Below, piece after piece: positions 1 to 9,500 of a DNA stretch of 64,000 nt. Numbering within the stretch: the first letter of the stretch is position 1; every line of letters starts with the position of its first letter. The position numbers and the translations under genes were made by a program. The DNA is from an uncultured virus (IMG/VR IMGVR_UViG_3300044825_003205) (lineage: Duplodnaviria > Heunggongvirae > Uroviricota > Caudoviricetes): positions 1-64,000 of IMG/VR virus record IMGVR_UViG_3300044825_003205. One strand, given 5' to 3'. The notes under the pieces were generated by a model that saw only the letters and a program-made list of their open reading frames with translations, was not told the origin of the DNA and searched no databases.

Positions 1-808
1 TTCCTGATGAACCACTTGTACCTGAACTTCCTGAAGAGCCACTTGTTCCTGAAGAACCTGATGAACCACTTGTGCCAGAACTTCCTGATGTTCCTGATGA
101 ACCACTTGTACCTGAACTTCCTGATGTACCACTAGAGCCTGAAGAACCACTTGTTCCTGATGAACCACTTGTACCTGAACTTCCTGAAGAGCCACTTGTT
201 CCTGAAGAACCTGATGAACCACTTGTGCCAGAACTTCCTGATGTTCCTGATGAACCACTTGTACCTGAACTTCCTGATGTTCCTGATGAACCACTTGTAC
301 CTGAACTTCCTGAAGAACCACTTGTACCTGAAGAACCTGATGAGCCACTTGTGCCAGAACTTCCTGATGTTCCTGATGAACCACTTGTACCTGATGAGCC
401 TGAACTTCCTGATGTACCACTAGAGCCTGAAGAACCACTTGTTCCTGAAGAACCACTTGTACCTGAACTTCCTGAAGAGCCACTTGTTCCTGAAGAACCT
501 GATGAACCACTTGTGCCAGAACTTCCTGATGTTCCTGATGAACCACTTGTGCCAGAACTTCCTGATGTTCCTGAAGAACCTGATGAACCACTTGTACCTG
601 AACTTCCTGAAGAGCCACTTGTTCCTGAAGAACCACTTGTGCCAGAACTTCCTGATGTTCCTGATGAGCCACTTGTGCCAGAACTCCCTGATGTTCCTGA
701 TGAACCACTTGTTCCTGATGAACCTGATGAGCCACTTGTGCCAGAACTTCCTGACGAGCCACTTGTGCCAGAACTACCACTTGTTCCCGATGAACCATCC
801 GCACCTGA
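1..808 (-). repeat. Coding tandem repeat of 9-nt units encoding (GSS/GTS)n
   Basis: Recurring gaaccactt / gttcctgat / gaacttcct units; the reverse complement translates as GSSGTSGSSGTS. Confidence 0.95.
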
Positions 809-3800
809 ATTACTCCAAAAAGTGTTTCCTACATTATCAATTACCAAAAATTTAGTAAGTAAATTATCTTGAGTAATGTTTGTTAAAGTAAGATTACCTG
901 ATGTAGTTGCTGTGGCCGATATTGTATTTACGTTGAATAAATCATTTCCTCCTAACCCTAAGTCCCCTGTCATCTGTCTACCACCATCAACTAACAAATA
1001 TTGTTGGTGGTCATCAGCTGTGAGTCCTAATAAGTTACCGTGAATTGAAGTCGCGTTTACCCCACTGGCCTTGAAACCAATCACAGGTCTGATGTCTTCA
1101 ATCTGAACAATTCCTGTGAGTCCTTGTTGTATATAAATTGACGCAATAGAAACTACACCGTCTGTAAAGAAATCGGGTGGTAATGGTAATGGTGCATTTT
1201 CTGTTTCAACTAATGTCGCAAATTCTGTTTGTCCTAAAACTAAGAAATATTCTTCATTACTACCTTCACCAACAACATACAATGTATGTTTGGTGAAAGC
1301 TGATGCTGTCAATCCCGATAACCCTGTTTGGTTTGGATTATATTGAGAACTATTTACAAATGTAGTTGCAGATGTAACCCATCCTGAACCGTTATTCCAA
1401 TATTGGGTAAAAGTAATTGGTGTTGCTCCTGATGGAAGAAAATTATTTTCAGAGAACCAATAATTACCTGACGTTACATCTAAGGTAAATGCGGTTGACC
1501 CCGTTGTCGTAATCGAACCTGTTGCATATACAGGTCCAAGAGCTTGTCTATTGAAGCTTGATAATAAAGTTGCAGTATGTTGTGCATTATATGGTGATGC
1601 ATCTATCAATTCAACTCCTGTTGAATTTGTTACCACCCTACCCATTATTATATTATAGAATGGGTCAGGAAGTCCTGCGTTAGCTACTAATGTTCCATTA
1701 TTGGAAATATAAATGTAGTTGTCTGTATTTGCACTTAAAGTAAGTTGTCCATCAACCCAATCGTATCTTTTGATAATACTTGGGTCTAATTGGTCTGACA
1801 AGTAACCGAATCCTGCAGATGTGTTGATTGATGTTCCACTGATAATAGTAATGGTTCCACCACTCAAAAGTCCCATCGCACTTCCTTGGAAAATCAGGGT
1901 GGAAGCATCCGTATGTGTTCCATCAGCAAATGTTACGGAAAGTTTTCTTGTAATGTCGTTTTCACCATCAGTATCGTCCAAGAAGTTCCAATAAAAGTCT
2001 TGACTTGCAGTATTGATTTTTGAATGGTCAGAAACACCTTGATATCTACCTCTTGTTTGTGCATTTAATATATTAAAATCATAAGTTGTAGAACCATGAA
2101 TCATGGAACCTACAATTCTGAATGTTGGTCCGTCTCCTGTATTTGGAACATATACCGCAGTGTCCCAATCTTGAATGTCAAGTGCAGCCGCTTCTACCAC
2201 AGCACTGTCACTCATCTCTAAACACGTAGAGCCTGTTAGTGATGCACCTTCGAATGTACAGACGTACATATTCAAACTTGACCCTGAACCTGTAACTTTG
2301 TTACCTACAACGTTATCTGCTGTTGGGAATAGGTAATAGTTTTCCATGTTAACTAAACATCCTACACCGTTGCTAGCTTCTACTAGAACACCGTAACTGA
2401 AAACACCATTTATATCAACATATTCACCATAAAACTGTGTGTCTTGTGTTGAAGATTTTACCCAAATACCAATGTCAGAGTCGACTATAGTAATTTTATG
2501 ACATTGTCCGAAGTCCCCAATATCATCAGCATAAATTGCCGCATATCCTGCACCAGCACCTGAGAAACTCAAGAACGAAACTTCGTTATTTACACCAATT
2601 TTTAATATGTGTTGTGATGCCGAGTTAGGGAATAATTCGGTTGTTTGTATATTCGAACCTTGAATACTTACATATGGTTTACCTGTTAAATCTATTTGGT
2701 CTTCAAAGAATTGACCCGGACCAACACTAACTAAAAATCTATTACTTTCTGAAGAACCCGTAATCCAATCAACAGCGGCTTTAACTGAGGTAAATTCACC
2801 ACCCTTCTTAGCCACAGTGATAACTCTTGGGTCTTGACCAACAACATATATTGGAGCATTGATTGGTATTTCAGTTTTTAAGAATGTATCTGTACCTTGT
2901 AATTTACCTGTTGTATTTGGATTTTCAATTACAACATCTTTTGTGTTGTTTTCAAAGTTAAGTGCGATTGCATCAATAGACGGTGCCGAACCTGTGTTAG
3001 GTACGTAAATACCTGTCGCCCATCTTTGGAAGTTAACAGCTGTCAGTCTGAGAGAACCACCATTTTCAACCCAAAAACCTGTTCCTGATGCGGCACCTAC
3101 TGCCTTTGTTAAAAGACAACCGTTCACGATGAATGCACAACCTGGTTGGTCTGATTTTGCAAAAATTAAACCTGATGTTGTTGTAACCCCACCATTAGTA
3201 GATGTAACGTTTCTAAGTTGCATCCTACCAATACCACTTCCATCGTTTGTAACATAGAAACCTATAGTAAATGGATAACCACCATACTTTACGTTTGAAC
3301 ACTGCATGATACAGTTTCCACCACCAGTACCCACAGTTTTAGCATGAGTATAGTTTGCTCCAAATCTCACATCTTCAACATAAGAAATGGCATTCAATTG
3401 TGGTGTTGTTGATGAAGAGTAGACAACGCAGGCAACTCCTGTTCCCGTACAACCTTGAAGTTGAACGTTCGTGACCATCGATTGGTCTGCCATCAAAATC
3501 AAAGACTGATTCGGATTGTTTGCTTGAATTACCGTGCTTGTAGAACTATCACCAACGATAGTAACATAAGACTTTAATACTATTTGGTCTTCGTAATATT
3601 GACCAGCATAAACTCTTACAGTATAGGTATTTGCTGAGGTTGCCCCTGAAATACTATCAACAGCTTCTTTAACGGAAAAAAAATCTACACCGGAGCTTCC
3701 GGTCATACCAACCGTAACAACATTTTCAATGTTACCTGAAGAACCAGTACCTGCAACAATCCAATTGGTTCCATCACTTATAACTTGCACACTACCATAT

Positions 3801-4066
3801 TGTCTGAGAGTGGTTGTTATTTCTCCATCTATTGTTTGAGAACCTGAACCGTCTACAGTAATTGTACCTGTACCCGAGTTTTTAATTAAATAATTTTTTC
3901 CTGCAATATCAACCGCAGTTGGTAGGGTTATTGTAAACGTACCTGAGGTTGCGTCTACAACATAATCGTCTTCTCCAACAGTATATGTCGAAGTGACCGC
4001 AGTATATGGAACAGTAAGACTACCAAGGGATATTAGACCCCTACGAGCTATAAATTCATTTGCCAT
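1..4066 (-). CDS. Large tail fibre/tailspike, 3'-truncated by the window edge: two tandem pectin-lyase-like beta-helix modules followed by a GSSGTS repeat stalk
   Basis: Not in the ORF track. ATG at 4066 (MANEFIARRGLISLG...) read manually as open to base 1. Motifs VVTVGMTGSSGVDFFSVKEAVDSI..VRVYAGQYYE and VITVAKKGGEFTSVKAAVDWI..VSVGPGQFFE resemble pectinesterase/beta-helix N-terminal caps. GSSGTS repeats run from ~808 to the edge. Confidence 0.85.
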   Translation of the reverse strand, partial: MANEFIARRGLISLGSLTVPYTAVTSTYTVGEDDYVVDATSGTFTITLPTAVDIAGKNYLIKNSGTGTITVDGSGSQTIDGEITTTLRQYGSVQVISDGTNWIVAGTGSSGNIENVVTVGMTGSSGVDFFSVKEAVDSISGATSANTYTVRVYAGQYYEDQIVLKSYVTIVGDSSTSTVIQANNPNQSLILMADQSMVTNVQLQGCTGTGVACVVYSSSTTPQLNAISYVEDVRFGANYTHAKTVGTGGGNCIMQCSNVKYGGYPFTIGFYVTNDGSGIGRMQLRNVTSTNGGVTTTSGLIFAKSDQPGCAFIVNGCLLTKAVGAASGTGFWVENGGSLRLTAVNFQRWATGIYVPNTGSAPSIDAIALNFENNTKDVVIENPNTTGKLQGTDTFLKTEIPINAPIYVVGQDPRVITVAKKGGEFTSVKAAVDWITGSSESNRFLVSVGPGQFFEDQIDLTGKPYVSIQGSNIQTTELFPNSASQHILKIGVNNEVSFLSFSGAGAGYAAIYADDIGDFGQCHKITIVDSDIGIWVKSSTQDTQFYGEYVDINGVFSYGVLVEASNGVGCLVNMENYYLFPTADNVVGNKVTGSGSSLNMYVCTFEGASLTGSTCLEMSDSAVVEAAALDIQDWDTAVYVPNTGDGPTFRIVGSMIHGSTTYDFNILNAQTRGRYQGVSDHSKINTASQDFYWNFLDDTDGENDITRKLSVTFADGTHTDASTLIFQGSAMGLLSGGTITIISGTSINTSAGFGYLSDQLDPSIIKRYDWVDGQLTLSANTDNYIYISNNGTLVANAGLPDPFYNIIMGRVVTNSTGVELIDASPYNAQHTATLLSSFNRQALGPVYATGSITTTGSTAFTLDVTSGNYWFSENNFLPSGATPITFTQYWNNGSGWVTSATTFVNSSQYNPNQTGLSGLTASAFTKHTLYVVGEGSNEEYFLVLGQTEFATLVETENAPLPLPPDFFTDGVVSIASIYIQQGLTGIVQIEDIRPVIGFKASGVNATSIHGNLLGLTADDHQQYLLVDGGRQMTGDLGLGGNDLFNVNTISATATTSGNLTLTNITQDNLLTKFLVIDNVGNTFWSNSGADGSSGTSGSSGTSGSSGSSGTSGSSGSSGTSGSSGTSGSSGTSGSSGTSGSSGTSGSSGTSGSSGSSGTSGSSGSSGTSGSSGTSGSSGTSGSSGTSGSSGSSGTSGSSGSSGTSGSSGTSGSSGSSGTSGSSGSSGTSGSSGTSGSSGTSGSSGSSGTSGSSGSSGTSGSSGTSGSSGTSGSSGTSGSSGTSGSSGSSGTSGSSGSSGTSGSSGTSGSSGSSGTSGSSGTSGSSGTSGSSGTSGSSGSSGTSGSSGSSGTSGSSG

Positions 4067-4215
4067 TCAGAACCTCTTTTTTCCCTATCCAAAAGAAAAA
4101 TTCCTTTATCTTTATTTTAAGATAAATAGCATGGATTTCAATAATCTAAAGCTTTTATTTTAATAAATTCGAATAGTTGTTAAATTAACAAATATGTAAT
4201 TCTATTTTATCTTTC

Positions 4216-4752
4216 CTAAGCAATTTCGTAACTACCATTCCAAATAAATCTATCAGTACTAGCCCAAGTGAATGGTTGTGTCGCATTTACATCACTTGCA
4301 GTTCCATTTGTAATATTTACATATTGTAATGGCGCTTTGGTGTTAAATCCCGCTCTTGCTCCATTCAGAGTGGCATTATACCAAGCAGAACCATTATCTA
4401 ATAAAGTAGCAGTCATTAATATTCCATCAGCATCTGCAGCTGTAAATGGCATTGATACATACCATTCTCCTGAACCAAATGTTGTTGTTGTCCCCATTGC
4501 AATATTACCTCTCACAAAACAAGTTTTACCTACAAGAGCATAATTACCTGTAATTGTCCCATTGCCAATAACAGGATTTACTGATGATGCTGTCCAAATA
4601 GGTGTATATGGTGTCCAAGAAATTTGAGAACCAAGTAATATCTCTCTTGTCACTTTATAGGATTCTGTTAGTCCGCTGTTGTCAATAACAATATAAACTC
4701 CTGTAGAGTTTCCTGTAAATGTTGGTAATGCACTTATTTTTGTATTTGCCAT
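4216..4752 (-). CDS. Short tail fibre/receptor-binding-like structural protein
   Basis: N-terminal MANTKISALP motif of phage fibre proteins; beta-rich C-terminal domain (WTPYTPIWTA...GNYALVGKTCFVRG); lies in the fibre cluster. Confidence 0.6.
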   Translation of the reverse strand: MANTKISALPTFTGNSTGVYIVIDNSGLTESYKVTREILLGSQISWTPYTPIWTASSVNPVIGNGTITGNYALVGKTCFVRGNIAMGTTTTFGSGEWYVSMPFTAADADGILMTATLLDNGSAWYNATLNGARAGFNTKAPLQYVNITNGTASDVNATQPFTWASTDRFIWNGSYEIA

Positions 4753-4763
4753 TTTTTCATGTT

Positions 4764-6581
4764 TTAAAGTCTATCTATTTCGATATTATCACCATTTTCG
4801 GCAGTGGCTATCGAACTATCCTCGAATAATAATAAATATGTTTCTGAGGTTGATGGAGTAGGTGTAACTGTTGGTGTGATTGTAGTAGTATTGGAAGGCG
4901 TTTGAGTATTAGTTATAGTAACTGTTGGTGTAGGAGTTGGGGTTTGACAATTATTTCCACATGGAAAACTCGCTCTTACCCAAGTAATACAATCTGTACT
5001 TTGACCAGGTTCACAGAACAAATCATTTGTAGTTAACGAACCTTCGAGCGCACAACTAATAATTGTTTGGTTTCCTCCACCGATTGCAACTACTGAATCA
5101 TTTGAACCATTACAATTGACATAGTAAACTATTTTAGATGTTGAATAATAATTTGTTATTTCATATTGATAACAATCACAAACAGGAGAAGATGTTGGTG
5201 TTGAAGTTAGTGTCGGTGTTTCTGTCAATGTTGGTGTTTCTGTCAATGTCGGTGTTGAAGTTAGTGTAGGTGTTTCTGTAAATGTCGGTGTTGCAGTTAG
5301 TGTAGGTGTTTCTGTCAATGTTGGTGTTTCTGTTAATGTCGGAGTTGAAGTTAGTGTAGGTGTTTCTGTAAATGTCGGAGTTGAAGTTAGTGTAGGTGTC
5401 TCTGTCAATGTCGGTGTTGCAGTAGGTGTGATTGTAGTAGTGTTGGAAGGTGTTTGAGTATTAGTTATAGTAACTGTTGGTGTAGGAGTTGGTGTTACAT
5501 CCAAGAATCTTGTATAAGTATCATTATAGTTTTGTAAAATCTGAGGACCTGATAACGCAGTGTTGTAAATTTTCACAATAGCCAAATCACCATCAACCAA
5601 ATTACCCGAACTAAGAGTTTCATCCCACCTTCTCATCAACCTGACTTCACCACCTGACTGAGATGTTCCAACATAATTTAATGTACCACCTGAAGCAAAA
5701 CCATTGACATATTGTCTTATTGTCGAACCATCATAAGTACCAACTACTTGGTACCACACATTAGTTTGTGGCACAAAACCTGTTGTAGTTCTCCAAGCAC
5801 CGTTGAAATATCCAACAGCCAAATTGTAGTTATTAGGTGCATTATTTGTCCCTATACTAAAATTTAATCTATTGACTAAGTTGAATTGATTTGAAACAAT
5901 CGAAGTCACTTTTCCTGTCAAGGATGTCGCTAACTTAAACCAAACCTCAACAGTCCAATTGGAAAGGTCTCCTATATTTGGAATCGTTCCATATTCTAAA
6001 GACACATCATCAAAACTTAGAATTCCACCGTAATTTGACGAATACGTTGGTGAGTTGAATAATGTTGCATTATTATTTCCTCCCGCTAAATCAGTCCAAG
6101 TTGAACCTGTCGTTGGGTATGAAAGTAAATTTCCTGAATCTAAATAAACTAATAGACTCGAAGGTATTGTTGATGGTGTTATTGTAGGTGTGTTTGTCGG
6201 AGTAGGAGTAGGGCTGGCTCCACTAAAAGAATTCCAATAACCGTTGTTTGTCAACCAAGTACTTGCATCTGTACCATTAGTGAATGTTTGTTGACCAGAT
6301 GCAACCCAATTCGCCAATTCAGTAAAAGATTCTTCAGTTTTTGTTGTAGACCTCCAAAAACCTAAATAAGCAGGAATAAATACTGGATTTGGTTGTGTTC
6401 CTCCTGTTGTTTGATGAGCTATAACGTATCCCAAATCTTCGTCAGGTCCCATCCACCATTTGACTCCACCAATATCCAAATCATATCTTAAACTCTCTAC
6501 CCCAATTGCCAAGTTACCAACTTGTTCAGTACCACTGATTGTTGACCCAGTGTTGTACGCAAATGGTCTAGTAGTTGCCAT
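4764..6581 (-). CDS. Virion protein with a LamG/concanavalin-A-like domain, Pro/Thr linkers and a Cys-rich module
   Basis: LLVYLDSGN..SYP..GSTWTDL, WTVEVWFK, WYQVVGTYDGSTIRQYVNG, GDLAIVKIYNTALS are LamG-like. Start placed at 6581 (MATTRPF, TAATATG junction) rather than 6605. Confidence 0.8.
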   Translation of the reverse strand: MATTRPFAYNTGSTISGTEQVGNLAIGVESLRYDLDIGGVKWWMGPDEDLGYVIAHQTTGGTQPNPVFIPAYLGFWRSTTKTEESFTELANWVASGQQTFTNGTDASTWLTNNGYWNSFSGASPTPTPTNTPTITPSTIPSSLLVYLDSGNLLSYPTTGSTWTDLAGGNNNATLFNSPTYSSNYGGILSFDDVSLEYGTIPNIGDLSNWTVEVWFKLATSLTGKVTSIVSNQFNLVNRLNFSIGTNNAPNNYNLAVGYFNGAWRTTTGFVPQTNVWYQVVGTYDGSTIRQYVNGFASGGTLNYVGTSQSGGEVRLMRRWDETLSSGNLVDGDLAIVKIYNTALSGPQILQNYNDTYTRFLDVTPTPTPTVTITNTQTPSNTTTITPTATPTLTETPTLTSTPTFTETPTLTSTPTLTETPTLTETPTLTATPTFTETPTLTSTPTLTETPTLTETPTLTSTPTSSPVCDCYQYEITNYYSTSKIVYYVNCNGSNDSVVAIGGGNQTIISCALEGSLTTNDLFCEPGQSTDCITWVRASFPCGNNCQTPTPTPTVTITNTQTPSNTTTITPTVTPTPSTSETYLLLFEDSSIATAENGDNIEIDRL

Positions 6582-6582
6582 A

Positions 6583-9500
6583 TTAAAAAGTAATTTTTGT
6601 TGCAACTTTTACTAACCAAGTACCTGATGTTACAACAGCCTTTAATCTTATATTACTACTATTAACATCAACTTGGAAACTTATACCTTCGGTCGAACCG
6701 TTTAGGTCAGGAGTTGAATATTCTGTATATGTCGTTCCTGAACAATTCCAAGCTGCAAGAACAACCCCTGTTCTGATTTCATTCGAAACCCCTTGAACAA
6801 AGTAATCAAAATTTGCAGATGAACCAGAAACACATGGAATTAAAGAAATTACAGTAGTCCCACTTGTTAACGAACTTCCCGATGCAGAGTCAACAAAAAC
6901 ATTACCCAATATGGTCAATGACTTTGTCGTGGAATCGTAAGTGAATCCTGATTCCGCAATTGCCCCATCAGTAGTACCGTCAGATGTCAGTATTCTTGTT
7001 AATGCAGGATTTTGTACTGTTGAGAATCCCGTACCACTTGTCCCTGAAGAACCACTTGTTCCCGATGAACCTGATGTGCCAGAACTTCCACTTGTTCCCG
7101 ATGAACCTGATGTGCCAGAACTTCCACTTGTCCCTGAAGAACCACTTGTTCCAGAACTTCCACTTGTCCCTGAAGAACCACTTGTTCCCGATGAACCTGA
7201 TGTGCCAGAACTTCCACTTGTCCCTGAAGAACCACTTGTTCCAGAACTTCCACTTGTCCCTGAAGAACCACTTGTTCCACTAGAACCTGAAGAACCATCT
7301 TGGCCATCTTGGCCAGGTTCTCCTGATGGTGCAACTTGCCAAGAACTATATACACCTGAACCAACGGTTTCTTCAGTGATATACGTTAAAGAATTAGTCG
7401 TTGATGATACTATCTTACCTATGATATAGTTTTGATAGTCGTAAGATATTATTGCATGTTGTCCTGGAACCCAACAAGTATCACCTGTAATTGAAATTGT
7501 ATTTTGTGCACTTCCACCAGATAAACAAGCAATATTAACAGTCCATGTATCGGATGTTCCCGATATTGATGTCTCAACTTTTAGATAATAAGTGTCGTTG
7601 TCTACATTTATAGTTTGATTTCCTGTTGTAGGTGTATTGATTGAAGGTCCCCAAGGTCCTGGATAAGTAGCAAAACCAACCCAACCACTTGTCCAAACAT
7701 TTGTAAGGGTCGAATCTTGTACTGTAAACCTATTTGGAACATCAATAGCATACCACTGTAAAGATATCGAGCCCGAAAAAGATAAATAATCGAGAGTTTT
7801 GGATGGATAAGTATAGAATCCGCTTGTACCTGCCGGTGAACTTTCAGTGAAAGAATAATCAGTACAAGTATTACCTGTCACAGATATTGTTGAGTCTGAT
7901 GTTACACATATATCAGGTGAGGTTCCACTCGTTCCTGATGAACCGCTTGTACCAGAGCTACCACTCGTTCCAGAACTTCCTGATGTTCCTGAACTTCCGC
8001 TAGTTCCTGATGAACCGCTTGTACCAGAGCTACCACTTGTTCCTGAAGAACCATCTGAACCTGATGTACCAGAACTTCCTGATGTTCCTGAAGAACCGCT
8101 TGTACCAGAACTTCCTGATGTTCCTGAAGAACCATCTGAACCTGAGGTTCCTGAGCTTCCGCTAGTTCCTGATGAACCGCTTGTACCAGAGCTACCACTT
8201 GTTCCTGAAGAACCATCCGAACCTGATGTACCAGAACTTCCTGATGTTCCTGAAGAACCGCTTGTACCAGAACTTCCTGATGTTCCTGAGCTTCCACTAG
8301 TTCCTGATGAACCGCTTGTACCAGAGCTACCACTTGTTCCTGAAGAACCATCCGAACCTGATGTTCCTGAGCTTCCACTAGTTCCTGAAGAACCGCTTGT
8401 ACCAGAACTTCCTGATGTTCCTGAAGAACCGCTTGTACCAGAACTTCCTGATGTTCCTGATGAACCATCTGAACCTGAGGTTCCTGAGCTTCCGCTAGTT
8501 CCTGATGAACCGCTTGTACCAGAGCTACCACTCGTTCCAGAACTTCCTGATGTTCCTGAACTTCCGCTAGTTCCTGATGAACCGCTTGTACCAGAGCTAC
8601 CACTTGTTCCTGAAGAACCATCCGAACCTGATGTACCAGAACTTCCTGATGTTCCTGAAGAACCGCTTGTACCAGAGCTACCACTCGTTCCAGAACTTCC
8701 TGATGTTCCTGAACTTCCGCTAGTTCCTGATGAACCGCTTGTACCAGAGCTACCACTTGTTCCTGAAGAACCATCCGAACCTGATGTACCAGAACTTCCT
8801 GATGTTCCTGAAGAACCGCTTGTACCAGAGCTACCACTCGTTCCAGAACTTCCTGATGTTCCTGAGCTTCCACTAGTTCCTGATGAACCGCTTGTACCAG
8901 AACTTCCTGATGTTCCTGATGAACCATCTGAACCTGATGTACCAGAACTTCCTGATGTTCCTGAAGAACCGCTTGTACCAGAACTTCCTGATGTTCCTGA
9001 ACTTCCACTAGTTCCTGATGAACCGCTTGTACCAGAACTTCCTGATGTTCCTGAGCTTCCACTAGTTCCTGATGAACCGCTTGTACCAGAACTTCCTGAT
9101 GTTCCTGATGAACCATCTGAACCTGAGGTTCCTGAGCTCCCGCTAGTTCCTGATGAACCGCTTGTACCAGAGCTACCACTTGTTCCTGAAGAACCATCCG
9201 AACCTGATGTTCCTGAGCTTCCACTAGTTCCTGATGAACCGCTTGTACCAGAGCTACCACTCGTTCCAGAACTTCCTGATGTTCCTGAACTTCCGCTAGT
9301 TCCTGATGAACCGCTTGTACCAGAGCTACCACTTGTTCCTGAAGAACCATCCGAACCTGATGTACCAGAACTTCCTGATGTTCCTGATGAACCATCTGAA
9401 CCTGAGGTTCCTGAGCTTCCGCTAGTTCCTGATGAACCGCTTGTACCAGAGCTACCACTTGTTCCTGAAGAACCATCCGAACCTGATGTACCAGAACTTC

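Noticed and set aside
72..872. Plus-strand PEEPLVPELP and MFLMNHL ORFs
   Set aside because: Antisense shadows of the GSSGTS repeat in the minus-strand fibre gene; open only because the repeat lacks stops
4873..5492. Possible DGR template/variable repeat pair
   Set aside because: Only two synonymous differences, both copies lie in a low-complexity linker of the same gene, and no reverse transcriptase is present in the window
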